In this document: piece after piece, positions 42,257 through 54,884 of the stretch | Position numbering within the stretch: the stretch's first letter is position 1 | How the letters are laid out: every line of letters begins with the position of its first letter | Assembly: GCA_965248535.1 (NCBI GenBank) | Contig: CBDFJR010000002.1 | Location: 320,001-384,000, forward strand | Direction: 5' to 3' | Length of the DNA stretch: 64,000 nucleotides | Source: Phormidesmis sp. | GTDB taxonomy: Bacteria; Cyanobacteriota; Cyanobacteriia; Leptolyngbyales; Leptolyngbyaceae | Made by a program: the position numbers and the translations under genes | The notes under the pieces: model-generated | The model's database searches: none | What the model saw: the letters and a program-made list of their open reading frames with translations, nothing else | Told to the model about the DNA's origin: nothing

Positions 42257-45200
42257 ATGTTTCAACTTTCAAAAATTACTTGGGAACTTAGTCAGATTCC
42301 CTGGCTGATGCAAGTTCCCGTCGATCGGGGGGTCAACACTCCCGAACAGGCATCCTTAGTATTTTCAGGCCCAAGATTTTTTGTTGCTCTGATAGCAGGG
42401 CTAGTATTAGCATTTGCATTCCAAATCTTGTTAACAAACTTGTCCGTCGCGGCAGGCATTTCCTATTTAGGGCGCTCTTCTGACTCTGATCACGATCATG
42501 ATCACAATCATGAGTCAGGCAGTCCAGGAGGTACCATTCGCAAAATTGAGTTTGCGGTTGGCTTATGGACACTGATTACCGTTACTATTGCTCTATTTTT
42601 TGCTTGTCTCTTGGCAGTGAAGCTGAGTTTGTTAAGCAGTGCCACGCTGGGCGCGATCGTCGGTTTGGTGATCTGGGGTGCTTATTTCGTGGCGTTGGTG
42701 TGGTTTAGCTCTACCACAGTCGGCTCTCTCGTTGGCTCATTGGTCAACAGTGCCACATCTGGGTTTCAGGCAATTTTGGGCACAGCAACGGCGGCCGTCG
42801 GCGCTAAGGCTATCAATCAGCAAGTCGTTTCCACCGCAGAAGCAGCAGCAGCAGCCGTGCGCCGAGAGTTGGGGAACGCGATCGATCCAACTCACATCCG
42901 CGACTCGATCGAAGACTATATCGAAAAAATTCGACCACCTCAGCTAGACGTGTCTCACATTCGCGGAGAGTTTGAGAAACTGCTCAACGACCCCGAACTC
43001 AAATCTATCGCAGGCAGCACCTCTCCGACTGAAGTCATGGAGCGGCTGCGACACATCGATCGCAACACGTTCTTAAACCTGATCAGCAGCCGCACTGATT
43101 TGTCTAAAAAAGATGCAAATCGATTGGTTGATCAATTGGAATCGGTTTGGCAAAAAACCCTCGGTCAGTTTCAGCGCAAAGACCCGACCGCTGAAATGAT
43201 GGAGTATCTCAAAACTGTTAAATCTGGCTCGGTCAACACCGACGAGCTAAACGCCAAGCTCGATCGCCTGACCGAAGAAGTTCGTCGTCAAGGACAAATG
43301 CTGCAAACCCCTCAGCAGTCTGGCATGGCGGTCATGGGTCAGCCCAAACCAGAACAAGCTAGCCTCGTCGATCGGGCGATGGAGTTTGGTTTCTCGACCA
43401 TCATGGGCACGGTCATGGGACGCACGGATCTGTCAGATCTGGATGTCGAAAAGATTTTAGGACAACTTCAGACTGCAAAAGATAAAGTCACCCAGGGCGC
43501 TAAACAGGTCGGAAATCGAGTGGCTGATAAGGCTTCAGGCTTTAGCCCGATCAAGGCTGATGTCGAAAACTATCTTCTCAACACCTATGCCTGGCACCTA
43601 AATCGGGAAACGCTGGAACACGAATTTAGAGATGTCCTCTACGATCCTGAAGCAAACCCAGCGATCGTGCGTCGTCAGCTAGAGCAGCTAAACCGCAGCG
43701 ATTTTGTCAATCTGCTGACTCAGCGCGGCGATCTGTCGGTGGTGAGAGTGGCTGAGGTGGCTGACCAGCTAGAAACGATTCGGGCGGCGATTTTAGGAAC
43801 AGTGCAAGCCTCTGATGAGCAGGGTCAATCTCAAGACCTGCGAGGTCGGCTAGAGAACTATTTGCGATCAACCGACAAAACCGAACTCAACCCCGATGGC
43901 ATCGAGCGAGAACTCTCGCTGCTGATGCAAGACCCCGAAGCGGGTTATGATGCCCTTCGCAGTCGCCTAGGTCAGTTCGATCGCGATACGATCGTGCAGC
44001 TATTAGCCCAGCGCCCCGATATGTCTCAAGAAGAAGCTGATCGGGTCGTCAGCCAGGTTGAAGGAGTGCGCGATCGCGTTCTCAACACCGCAAAAACGGC
44101 TCAAGATCGGGTCAAATCTGAAGCCGATGCCCTGCGGATTCGGGTCGAATCTTATCTGCAAAACACCAACAAAACGGAACTCAACCCCGACGGCATCAAG
44201 CGCGATTTCAAACTGCTGCTAGACGATCCCCAAGCTGGGGCTTCGGCGCTGCGGGGTCGGCTGAGTCAGTTTGATCGAGACACCCTCGTGCAGCTACTAG
44301 CCCAGCGCAAAGACATGACCGCCGAAGAAGCCGATCGGGTGATCGGCCAGCTTGAAGAGGTTCGCAGCAACATTCTTCACGCGCCTCAAATTGCCGCCGG
44401 AAAGGCCAAAGAGCAAGTCGATCAGGTGACTACCAAGATCTCAGACTACTTGCGGAACACCAACCTGCAAGAGCTTGACCCTGACGGCATTAAACATGAC
44501 TTAAACACCTTGCTGCACGACCCTAAAGCGGGAGCCTATGCCTTGGGCGATCGGCTTTCTCACGTCGATCGTGAAACTCTGGTCAAGCTTCTCAGCCAGC
44601 GCCAAGATTTGAGCGAAGAGCAGGTTAACCAGGTGATTGATCAAGTTCAATCGTCGCTTCGCGGCATTGCCCGTGCGCCACGTCGTTTAGCCGCCCGGAC
44701 TCAGCAGCGAGTCATGAACTTTGAGTCAGCCCTAGAAGGCTATCTCCGCAACACTCACAAAGCCGCTCTCAACCCCGACGGCATCAAGCACGATTTGCAC
44801 ATCTTGCTGCGTGACCCCCGATTGGGATTGAGCAACCTAGGCACCCGCGTCGCGGAGTTGGATCGCCCCACGATCGTGGCTCTTCTCTCCCAGCGTCAAG
44901 ACATGACCGAAGAAGAAGCCAATCGCGTGGTTGACCAAATTCTCTCGGTGCGTGAGCAGTTTATGGCGCAGATTCAGGGCATTCAAGACCGCATTCAGTC
45001 AGTGATTGACGGCATCTTTGGTCGAGTGCGCGACTATCTAAATTCCCTCGATCGCCCTGAACTCAACTATGACGGCATCCGTCAAGACGTGCGGACTCTG
45101 TTTCACGACCCCCAAGCTGGCTTTGATGCCATGCGCGATCGGCTCGGCAGTTTTAACCGTGAAACCCTAGTGGCGCTTCTTAGCTCTCGTGAAGACATCT

Positions 45201-45439
45201 CAGAAGCCGATGCTAACCGCGTCATCGACCAGATTGAAGGCGCACGAAACACCGTTCTGCAACGGGCAGAGCGCGTGCAAGAAGAGGCCCAGCGCCGTCT
45301 AGAAGCCGTCAAGCGGCAGGCGAAGAAGCAAGCTGAAGAAACTCGTAAAGCTGCTGAAACGGCGGCTTGGTGGCTGTTTGGCACTGCCATCGTCTCGGCG
45401 GCGGCGGCGGCGATCGCTGGGGCGATCGCGGTTCTTTAA
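42257..45439 (+). CDS. Large membrane protein with about 100-aa helical repeats
   Basis: 3-4 N-terminal TMs; repeated YL..T.K.ELNPDGI..D...LL.DP.AG...L..RL..FDR.TLV.LL.QR.DM..EEA.RV; C-terminal AAWWLF TM. Confidence 0.85.
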   Translation: MFQLSKITWELSQIPWLMQVPVDRGVNTPEQASLVFSGPRFFVALIAGLVLAFAFQILLTNLSVAAGISYLGRSSDSDHDHDHNHESGSPGGTIRKIEFAVGLWTLITVTIALFFACLLAVKLSLLSSATLGAIVGLVIWGAYFVALVWFSSTTVGSLVGSLVNSATSGFQAILGTATAAVGAKAINQQVVSTAEAAAAAVRRELGNAIDPTHIRDSIEDYIEKIRPPQLDVSHIRGEFEKLLNDPELKSIAGSTSPTEVMERLRHIDRNTFLNLISSRTDLSKKDANRLVDQLESVWQKTLGQFQRKDPTAEMMEYLKTVKSGSVNTDELNAKLDRLTEEVRRQGQMLQTPQQSGMAVMGQPKPEQASLVDRAMEFGFSTIMGTVMGRTDLSDLDVEKILGQLQTAKDKVTQGAKQVGNRVADKASGFSPIKADVENYLLNTYAWHLNRETLEHEFRDVLYDPEANPAIVRRQLEQLNRSDFVNLLTQRGDLSVVRVAEVADQLETIRAAILGTVQASDEQGQSQDLRGRLENYLRSTDKTELNPDGIERELSLLMQDPEAGYDALRSRLGQFDRDTIVQLLAQRPDMSQEEADRVVSQVEGVRDRVLNTAKTAQDRVKSEADALRIRVESYLQNTNKTELNPDGIKRDFKLLLDDPQAGASALRGRLSQFDRDTLVQLLAQRKDMTAEEADRVIGQLEEVRSNILHAPQIAAGKAKEQVDQVTTKISDYLRNTNLQELDPDGIKHDLNTLLHDPKAGAYALGDRLSHVDRETLVKLLSQRQDLSEEQVNQVIDQVQSSLRGIARAPRRLAARTQQRVMNFESALEGYLRNTHKAALNPDGIKHDLHILLRDPRLGLSNLGTRVAELDRPTIVALLSQRQDMTEEEANRVVDQILSVREQFMAQIQGIQDRIQSVIDGIFGRVRDYLNSLDRPELNYDGIRQDVRTLFHDPQAGFDAMRDRLGSFNRETLVALLSSREDISEADANRVIDQIEGARNTVLQRAERVQEEAQRRLEAVKRQAKKQAEETRKAAETAAWWLFGTAIVSAAAAAIAGAIAVL

Positions 45440-45466
45440 CCGATAGTCCACCGTTAATCTCACTCT

Positions 45467-45493
45467 AAAGCCTCCCGATCGGGAGGCTTTTTT
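45467..45493 (+). terminator. Intrinsic terminator
   Basis: AAAGCCTCCCGATCGGGAGGCTTTTTT. Confidence 0.8.
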
Positions 45494-45591
45494 AATGAAG
45501 ACCAACGCCCAAGCGCGATAAAATCAAACCTTAATCAAACCTTTAATGAGTCTCGGAGGCTAAGTCCTTCGATCGTAGGAAATCAACTGTC

Positions 45592-47413
45592 ATGGCGCTA
45601 ATCGTTCAGAAATATGGGGGCACTTCAGTCGGATCGGTCGATCGCATTCAGGCGGTTGCCCAGCGAATTGTTAAAACAGTCAACGCCGGAAACTCAGTCG
45701 TCGTCGTCGTTTCAGCAATGGGAAAAACGACCGATGGGTTGGTCAAACTCGCCAATGAGATCTCCAGCAACCCCAGTCGGCGCGAAATGGATATGCTGCT
45801 CTCGACCGGAGAACAGGTGACGATCGCGCTCCTCAGCATGGCCCTGCAAGAGCTTGGTCAGTCCGCCGTCTCTCTCACAGGCGCACAGGTCGGGATTGTG
45901 ACTGAAACCCACCACACTCGCGCCCGAATCTCTGAACATTGCTACCGATCGCTTAGAGCGCCATCTCAAAAAGGGCGAAGTGGTCGTCGTCGCCGGATTT
46001 CAAGGAGTCAGCCGCACTGAAGATCTAGAAATTACCACCCTCGGCCGCGGTGGTTCAGACACGTCAGCCGTGGCTCTTGCTGCCGCCCTCAAAGCCGACT
46101 TTTGCGAAATCTACACTGACGTTCCGGGCATTCTCACGGCCGATCCGCGACTGGTCGAAGACGCTCAATTAATGACCGACATCACCTGCGATGAGATGTT
46201 AGAACTCGCCAGCCTAGGGGCAAAAGTTCTGCATCCTCGTGCCGTTGAGATCGCCCGCAATTATGGAATGCCGCTTGTTGTGCGGTCTAGCTGGACAGAC
46301 GACCCCGGAACGTGGGTGACTTCGCCGACTCCCCAACCCCGATCGCTGGAAGGGTTAGAGATTGCCCGCCCCGTCGATGCGGTGGAATTCGACACCGATC
46401 AAGCCAAAGTCGCGTTGCTGCGAGTCCCCGATCGTCCGGGTGTTGCTGCGCGGTTATTTGGTGAAATTGCCACTCAGAGTTTAGATGTTGATCTTGTGAT
46501 CCAATCCATTCACGAAGGCAATACTAACGACATTGCCTTTACGGTGACTAAAAATTCTCTTAACCGTGCAGAAGCGGTTGCCAATGCCATCATTCCAGCG
46601 TTGATGATCAATCAACCCTCTAGTTTAGAAAAAGCTCCCGAAGTGATGATTGAGCAGCAGATTGCTAAAGTGACGATCGCCGGAGCCGGAATGATTGGCC
46701 GCCCCGGAGTTGCTGCTCGAATGTTCTCAACTCTGGCAAATGCTGGAATCAATATTCAAATGATTTCGACTTCTGAAGTCAAAGTTAGCTGCGTGATTGA
46801 TCAGCGAGATTGTGAGACCGCAATCTCCACCCTTTGCCAAGCGTTTGACATTACTCAGTCAGCCCTCGATCGTCAACCCAAACCTTTAGCAACTCTGACA
46901 ACTCAAAATCCGGTTCGGGGTGTGGCGCTCGATCTCAAGCAAGCTCAATTAGCCATTCGTCATGTGCCCGATCGTCCTGGCATGGCGGCAAAAATCTTTC
47001 AACTGCTCGCAGATCACAACGTCAGCGTCGATATGATTATCCAATCTCAGCGCTGTCGAGTGCTTGATGGCATTATGACCCGCGATATCGCCTTCACCGT
47101 CGCGCAAATGGATGCAGAAGCGGCTCGGACAGTGTTAGAAACAGCGGCTCCTGAGTTGGGCTGTGGTGAAATTGGGGTGGATGTAGCGATCGCCAAGGTC
47201 AGCATTGTCGGCTCAGAAATGGTTGGTCAACCCGGAGTTGCAGCTCGAATGTTTGACGCACTGTATCAGCAAAAAATCAACATCCAAATGATCGCCACGT
47301 CTGAAATTAAGGTCAGTTGTGTAGTCGCAGAAGATCAGGGTGTGCTGGCGCTGCGGGCGATTCACAAAGCCTTTGGTCTAGCCGGAAGTCAGACCATTCA
47401 GGTATCAGCTTAA
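45592..47413 (+). CDS. lysC: Aspartate kinase (four ACT domains), split by a +1 frameshift near 45931
   Basis: [23 protein letters not shown] and YTDVPG motifs; removing one base restores [15 protein letters not shown]. Confidence 0.93.
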
Positions 47414-47502
47414 ACAACTAGGTTTAGAAGTAACGTTCGTAGCATCAGCGATAGCGGTGATAAACTTAGAGCAACACAGCTATTCAGCAGATGAGGCGCT
47501 CT

Positions 47503-47703
47503 ATGAAGGCAGAGTTCACTCAAGTTTTTGAATTAGCCCTTTCAGAAAAATTGCAGCTTGTTGAAGATTTGTGGGACAACATTGCCTTAGTTCCAGAGCA
47601 AATTCCTATGCTGGATTGGCAAAAAGAAGAACTTGCTAGAAGAAAAGTAGCTTATTTGCAGAATCCTGACTTAGGTAGCTCATGGGAAGCAGCTAGGGAA
47701 TGA
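47503..47703 (+). CDS. Addiction module component (TIGR02574-like antitoxin) without a partner toxin
   Basis: LSEKLQLVEDLWDNI...WQKEELARR...SSWE. Confidence 0.75.
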   Translation: MKAEFTQVFELALSEKLQLVEDLWDNIALVPEQIPMLDWQKEELARRKVAYLQNPDLGSSWEAARE

Positions 47704-47845
47704 ATTCGCAGTGGACAGCATGGTGCTTGCAATCACTCCTCCAAAGTACCTCAAAGAGAAACTAGGTGGAGTCGATCATGCTCCAGAGTTTTTTTCTCAG
47801 GTTTATGTGGGCAGGACATAGCTAAAGTTTTATCTGTCAGTGTTG

Positions 47846-47984
47846 ATACCAATTTGATTTGTGAATGCGACAGATCCGCACGAGGGCACGGCAGTGCCAC
47901 GCCCGTACAAAAAGCGTAGGGGCATGGCACCGCCGTGCCCCGTCGGATTGAACGATCAGTCGCAAGTGCATCCGAAATTGGTAT
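47846..47984. mobile_element. MITE/REPIN-like element (139 bp)
   Basis: 10-bp terminal inverted repeats ATACCAATTT/AAATTGGTAT enclosing two GGGCA.GGCA..GCC..GCCC palindromes. Confidence 0.6.
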
Positions 47985-48021
47985 GAACAAATGGAAGCAG
48001 GTGTATTCGTCTTTGGGCACT

Positions 48022-48062
48022 AAAAAAGGGGACGATCGCATCACACGATCGCCCCCTCTTTC
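48022..48062 (-). terminator. groEL terminator
   Basis: AAAAAAGGGGACGATCG...CGATCGCCCCCTCTTT. Confidence 0.7.
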
Positions 48063-48080
48063 AAGTTAATTCGGATGAGA

Positions 48081-49793
<1,713 letters not shown>

Positions 49794-49801
49794 CTAGAAA
49801 T

Positions 49802-49828
49802 TTAGCACTCGTTAAGGCAGAGTGCTAA
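49802..49828. promoter_or_regulatory. CIRCE element (HrcA operator)
   Basis: Perfect TTAGCACTC-N9-GAGTGCTAA. Confidence 0.95.
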
Positions 49829-49837
49829 TTAAGATTA

Positions 49838-49853
49838 GATCGGAAAACCGAAC
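49838..49853 (-). promoter_or_regulatory. K-box-like element
   Basis: GTTCGG-TTTT-CCGATC versus recalled consensus GTTCGG-NNAN-CCNNAC. Confidence 0.5.
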
Positions 49854-49888
49854 GATCGGGGCAAACCCTGCCCAAGTAGGCATAACCT

Positions 49889-50798
49889 GTGAAAATTTCC
49901 CCTCAGCCGACGGGTTGGCAAACTGCGATCGTGCTCACGATCGGGATTTTATCAGTCTCTACGGCCGCAATTCTGGTTCGGTTAGCGACTCGTGAAGCTC
50001 ATCTTTCGACCGTCGGTTTTAGTCTCGTGCTGGCTGCATCTCGGCTCGTCCTCGCGTCTGCTGTGCTGCTTCCCGCCTGGCAACCTATTCGTCGCAATCC
50101 GCCCACGGCTTCGGCATGGCGCTATGCTGTCGCTGCGGGAATCGCTCTCGCTGCCCACTTTGCCACTTGGATCACCTCGCTGTCTTATACGTCGATCGCG
50201 GCCTCTACCACGATCGTCACCACGACTTCGATTTGGGTGGCGCTGCTCTCGTGGAGGTGGTTTGGCGAAAAACCCAATCGTGAAATGTGGATAGGCATCG
50301 CGATCGCTTTAATTGGCGGACTCACGATCGGTTGGGAAACTGGCAATTCTACAGGTGAAAATCCACTTTTAGGAAACGGACTGGCGCTGATTGGAGCCTG
50401 GACAGCCACGCTCTATCTGCTGTTAGGACGAGAAGCCCAGCGACAAAATTTAGGCGTAGGAAGTTACAGCACGATCGCTTATGGTGTGGCGGCGATCGTG
50501 CTGTTTCCATTGCCCTCTGATTGCGGGAGCCTCCTACACGGGCTATTCACCGCTCACCTATGGACTGATGCTGCTGATGGCGATCGTGCCGCAGCTAATC
50601 GGACACACCAGCCTCAACTGGGCAGTGTGCTGGGTGTCGCCAACGCTGGTAGCCGTGCTGAATTTATTTGAGCCAGTTGCATCGAGTGGGCTGGCGCTGG
50701 CGCTGTTTGGAGAGATGCCCGGAGTGCAGGTAATTACCGGAGCCGTGATTTTGTTAGCAGGAGTGGCGATTTCGATCGCCGCCAATCGAGACGTTTGA
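49889..50798 (+). CDS. DMT/EamA family transporter, split by a +1 frameshift near 50515
   Basis: HFATWITSLSYTSIAAS, PQLIGHTSLNWA and EPV motifs; removing one base gives FPLPLIAGASY. Confidence 0.88.
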
Positions 50799-50803
50799 GA
50801 AAT

Positions 50804-52094
50804 CTATCGACTCGCGGCTTCTGGTTTGGCAGGCTTCAAGAGGCGCATTCGCTCAAAGCTGAGGGCTGTGACCCCGATCGTCACCAGCAAAATGCCCCAC
50901 ACCTGCACCTGCTGCAACTGACTGTGAATGATGATCGCCGCCAAAACTGCTGTGATCACAGGGCCGCTAGACGCAATAATCGACGATCGCGCCGCGCCTA
51001 GGTGCCGCACTCCAAAGTTATTGCTCAGATAGCCGACCAGCGTTAAAGCACCCAGCACCAATCCGCCTAAAAAGAATCCCAGTCGCTTTTCGGGCAAAAC
51101 GGCAACCCCCAACTGAAGCGGCAGCGTCAGACTAAGACTCGACAAAAATAAAATCGTGACAAACTGCACCAAACTCACCGGAACGGGATGCAGTTTGCGA
51201 AAACCAAGCTGCATGAAGATCAGATAGAAGGCGAACGCAATGCCCGCAGACATAGCCGCCAAGACTCCGCCCGAAGTCACCAATCCGGCTTTTGCCAGGT
51301 TGGGCAGCGCCGCCATAATCACGCCCACCAAGATCGCCACCATCACCACCAGCCGCAGCCGAGTCGGACGATCGCCAAACAGCCACCAAGCTAGCGGCAC
51401 CGTGACTAACGGATACATAAACAAAATTGTGACGGCCGGGCCGGGGCCAATTTGCCCGATCGCGATGTAAATCAGCACCTGCGACAAAAATAAAAAGCCA
51501 CCGCTGCCCACCACGTTAAACAGCGCCCGGCGATCGCGATCGAGCACCAGCTTTTTGATGTCATTCCAGACAGGGGGATAGAGAAAAGCGGCGATCGCGG
51601 CCATCAAGGGCACCACGATCAGCATTCGCATCCACAAAATCAGCAGCGAGTTGCCCAGACTAGGCTGAATGAACCCTCCAAAGTTCAACAGCCCCAGCAG
51701 ATTCACTGGGCTGCCGATGATCATTTTGACAACTACATTGTGAATCGACAGCGCTAGGGTCGAGATCAACACAAACCCCAGCCCAACTCTGAAGCGGAGA
51801 CTGGGAGCCGAGCTTGGTGATGAGCGGCAGAGGAGCGGCAGGCACTTCTAGAGGAATGGGACGGGCTTCGGGGATGGGTGAGTAGTTTTGCAGTGTCTGA
51901 TAGCGGGCTTGCAGGTTGGCGATATCTTGAATGAGCTGCATTTTTTCAATCTGCAACTGAGTCACCTCTTGAGACAACTCATTGACTGCATGGTGTTGCA
52001 GCCCTCTGAGATCGTGGACTCTTGAACCCAAGCCAGAAAAATTTGGTTCAGCATCCTCATTTTCTGAGGGGCGCGATCGACTATCCTCACCCAT
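50804..52094 (-). CDS. SepJ-like protein (coiled coil, Pro-rich linker, EamA permease), +1 frameshift between 51773 and 51848
   Basis: Coiled coil LSQEVTQLQIEKMQLIQDIANLQ; permease PSLGNSLLILWMRMLIVVPLM...PPVWND resembles SepJ. Confidence 0.75.
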
Positions 52095-52183
52095 TGGATT
52101 TCTATCCTCTACCCTGCAATTCACAAACTAACATTTAGTCTTCACAAAAGCTTTATTTCTTAGTTGTTATTGTTCCCCACCGC

Positions 52184-53455
52184 TTAGAGAATCTGCACAG
52201 AATATCGGGTGAGCAAATATTGAATGACGGTGAAAATGGCAGCACTTAGCCCCGCCGCGATCGGAACCGTCACCAGCCAAGTTAGACCAATCGATCGCAG
52301 CGTTTGCCCCTGAATCGATCTCCAGCCTTGAACCAGTCCGACTCCGACAACCCCCCCGACCAAGGCGTGAGAGGTTGAGACGGGCAGCCCCCAGCGAGAG
52401 GCCACCAAAATAGTTGTGGCAGTAGATAACTCGGCGCAAAATCCACCACTGGGCTGAAGGGCGATGATGCCTGACCCGATCGTGGCGATCACCTTTTTTC
52501 CCATCACGGCTAATCCTGCTACGATGCCCATGCCGCCGAGCATCAAGATCCACAGCGGCACCTGAAAGTCTTGGAGCGGAACGGATTGAGTCTGGATGAT
52601 GAAGACGATCGCCGCTAGGGGTGCAACCGCATTGCCGACATCATTTGAGCCGTGGGCAAAGGCCACAAAACAAGCGCTCAAGAGTTGAAACCGAGCCAGC
52701 AACAGTTCAGGATTTTTGGCGAGAGCGATTTGATCGAGTTGTCGCCAGATGATTAGCGTCAGAACGATCGCACTAATGCTGCCTATCAACAACGGCAAAT
52801 CGTGAGCCGGCCAGTTTAAATTCCAGCGATCGCGCAACACGATTTGAAGAGGTCGGCTCACCGTCGGCAAGACAATTACGCCAAAGATGCCCATTAGAGC
52901 GGCACTCAGCCAAGGAATCCATTCTCGAAGTTGGGCGATCGGGTCGGGCTGATCAAGAATCCAGCGTTTGATTTGGCTGTAAAAGAGGGCAGCGATCGCA
53001 CCACTAACTAGCGGTGTAACGATCCACGTCAGAGAGATCACGCCGATCGCTGACCAATCAACGGCGCTGGGACTGAGGGCGACGCAGGCAAATCCGGCGA
53101 TCGCGCCTACGGTGGCATGAGATGACGACACTGGAAGGCCAAACAGGGTGGCAATATTCAGCCAAATGCCCGCCGCAACTAAGACAGAAGCCATGCCAAT
53201 CAATAAAGTTTGAGGCGTTTGAGCAAACAAAGCCGGAGCGACAATTCCCGTCGCTAGCTTGGCCGAGACTTGTTGCCCAAAGACGATCGCCCCAGTGAAT
53301 TCTAGAATTCCAGCGATAATCAGGGCTTGTTTGAGAGTGACGGCTTTGGAGCCAACCGAGGTGCCCATGGAGTTAGCAACATCGTTTGCACCAAGGTTCC
53401 AAGCGAGGTAGAACGCTAAAACGCTGGTGAGAACTGAAAGGAATGAATGATCCAT
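52184..53455 (-). CDS. PiT family inorganic phosphate transporter
   Basis: GANDVANSMGT, PVSSSHA, HGSNDVGN and LPVSTSH motifs. Confidence 0.93.
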   Translation of the reverse strand: MDHSFLSVLTSVLAFYLAWNLGANDVANSMGTSVGSKAVTLKQALIIAGILEFTGAIVFGQQVSAKLATGIVAPALFAQTPQTLLIGMASVLVAAGIWLNIATLFGLPVSSSHATVGAIAGFACVALSPSAVDWSAIGVISLTWIVTPLVSGAIAALFYSQIKRWILDQPDPIAQLREWIPWLSAALMGIFGVIVLPTVSRPLQIVLRDRWNLNWPAHDLPLLIGSISAIVLTLIIWRQLDQIALAKNPELLLARFQLLSACFVAFAHGSNDVGNAVAPLAAIVFIIQTQSVPLQDFQVPLWILMLGGMGIVAGLAVMGKKVIATIGSGIIALQPSGGFCAELSTATTILVASRWGLPVSTSHALVGGVVGVGLVQGWRSIQGQTLRSIGLTWLVTVPIAAGLSAAIFTVIQYLLTRYSVQIL

Positions 53456-53555
53456 AAATTCAGGAATACTGAGACTTTGAAGTGGAGCTTCTAGTTGATT
53501 GGGCTGCATCTACAGTTTTTGACGCTTGACCAAACCTATCAAAGCAGCAATCTGC

Positions 53556-54815
53556 ATGAACTTCACTCAGCAAATTAGAGAAAACTTAGAAAATCCCGGT
53601 GAGTTAGAGCGGCTGTTTCAAGAAGATTCAGAAGCTTTTCGAGTTGCTTTTGAGTCAGTGTTTGCCGAAAATCCCGATGCGATCGTGTTAAAAGTCTGGC
53701 ACGAAAGGCTTCATTTTCAGCCAGTTCAATTAAATCAATCTCGCTTTGTCTTTGCAGACAGCATTTTAATCCTAGTTCTCTGTTTGTTTGCAGGAACGAT
53801 CGCCAAACTTCCCGCTTACTTTCCTCAACTGTCAACAAGTTGGTATTATCCAAGAAACATTGCTTTCGTCATTTTCCCAGCCCTTGCTGCTTATTTTCTG
53901 ATCAAGAATAAGCCTGGTAAAAGTATTTTTGGGGCCAGCGTTGCGCTGTTTTTTCTGCCGCTCGTTTTCATCAATACACTACCAAATTTAGATCGATCGG
54001 ATACTGTGATTCTGTCTTGTCTGCACTTACCTTTTTTCCTGTGGGCAGTTTTAGGTTTTGTCTTCACAGGTCAGGATGTTAGGAACAGCGATCTCCGGAT
54101 GGCATACCTTAAATACAATGGTGAGATGTTAATCTACACTACACTGTTCATCATTTGTGGCAGTGTACTAGTTACAGTCACAGCCGGACTTTTTTCTGTG
54201 ATTTCGGTGAATATTGACAAGCTTTACTATGAGTACATTCTTATCTATGCACTGTGTGCAGCCCCGATCGTGGCCACTCATCTAACTCATGCCCAAAGTC
54301 GTTTAGTGGGTAATTTGGCACCCACGATCGCTCGAATTTTCAGTCCCTTAGTGTTGTTGACTTTGGTAGTTTACCTGATCAGTATTTTGACTTTACAACG
54401 CAATCCATTTACTGATCGAGAGTTTCTGATAGTGTTTAACGTGATGTTATTAGGAGTGTTGGCGATCGCGGTTTTCACGCTGTCCGAACGAGCGTCTACT
54501 CCTAAAAAACTGGTTGGAGATTACATTACTTTTGCGCTGATTGCGATCGCGCTGATTGTAGATTCAGTTGCCCTAGCAGCGATCGTGTTTCGCCTTGCAT
54601 CCTATGGCACTTCGCCAAACCGAGTGGTTGTTCTGGGCGCAAATTTCTTGGTGTTTGGCAACTTAGCAGGAATGTTGGTGCAGTATGTGCGATTCTTTTT
54701 GGGCAAAGTCGCGATCGCCTCGATCAAAAACTGGATTACAGGATATTTGCCCCTCTATGGAGCTTGGACAGCGATCGTACTATTTGCTTTTCCGTTTCTC
54801 TTCTCGTTTAAGTAG
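53556..54815 (+). CDS. Multi-pass membrane protein (DUF4153-like)
   Basis: About 11 TM segments; W.ERL and YGTSPNR motifs; lower GC. Confidence 0.7.
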   Translation: MNFTQQIRENLENPGELERLFQEDSEAFRVAFESVFAENPDAIVLKVWHERLHFQPVQLNQSRFVFADSILILVLCLFAGTIAKLPAYFPQLSTSWYYPRNIAFVIFPALAAYFLIKNKPGKSIFGASVALFFLPLVFINTLPNLDRSDTVILSCLHLPFFLWAVLGFVFTGQDVRNSDLRMAYLKYNGEMLIYTTLFIICGSVLVTVTAGLFSVISVNIDKLYYEYILIYALCAAPIVATHLTHAQSRLVGNLAPTIARIFSPLVLLTLVVYLISILTLQRNPFTDREFLIVFNVMLLGVLAIAVFTLSERASTPKKLVGDYITFALIAIALIVDSVALAAIVFRLASYGTSPNRVVVLGANFLVFGNLAGMLVQYVRFFLGKVAIASIKNWITGYLPLYGAWTAIVLFAFPFLFSFK

Positions 54816-54884
54816 ATTTGGGTAGCCTAAAGTTAGGGAGCGTTTCCTAAAAGGGGATATCGACGACTCCCTAACCTCAACTTC

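Noticed and set aside
45592..47413. Programmed frameshift or true pseudogene in lysC
   Set aside because: No slippery site, the gene is normally essential, and neighbouring genes have similar +1 errors
54825..54840. GCCTAAA-GTTAGGG after the DUF4153-like gene as an attC relic
   Set aside because: GTTAGGGAG is explained as one arm of the hairpin ending the convergent gene, and there is no AAC triplet
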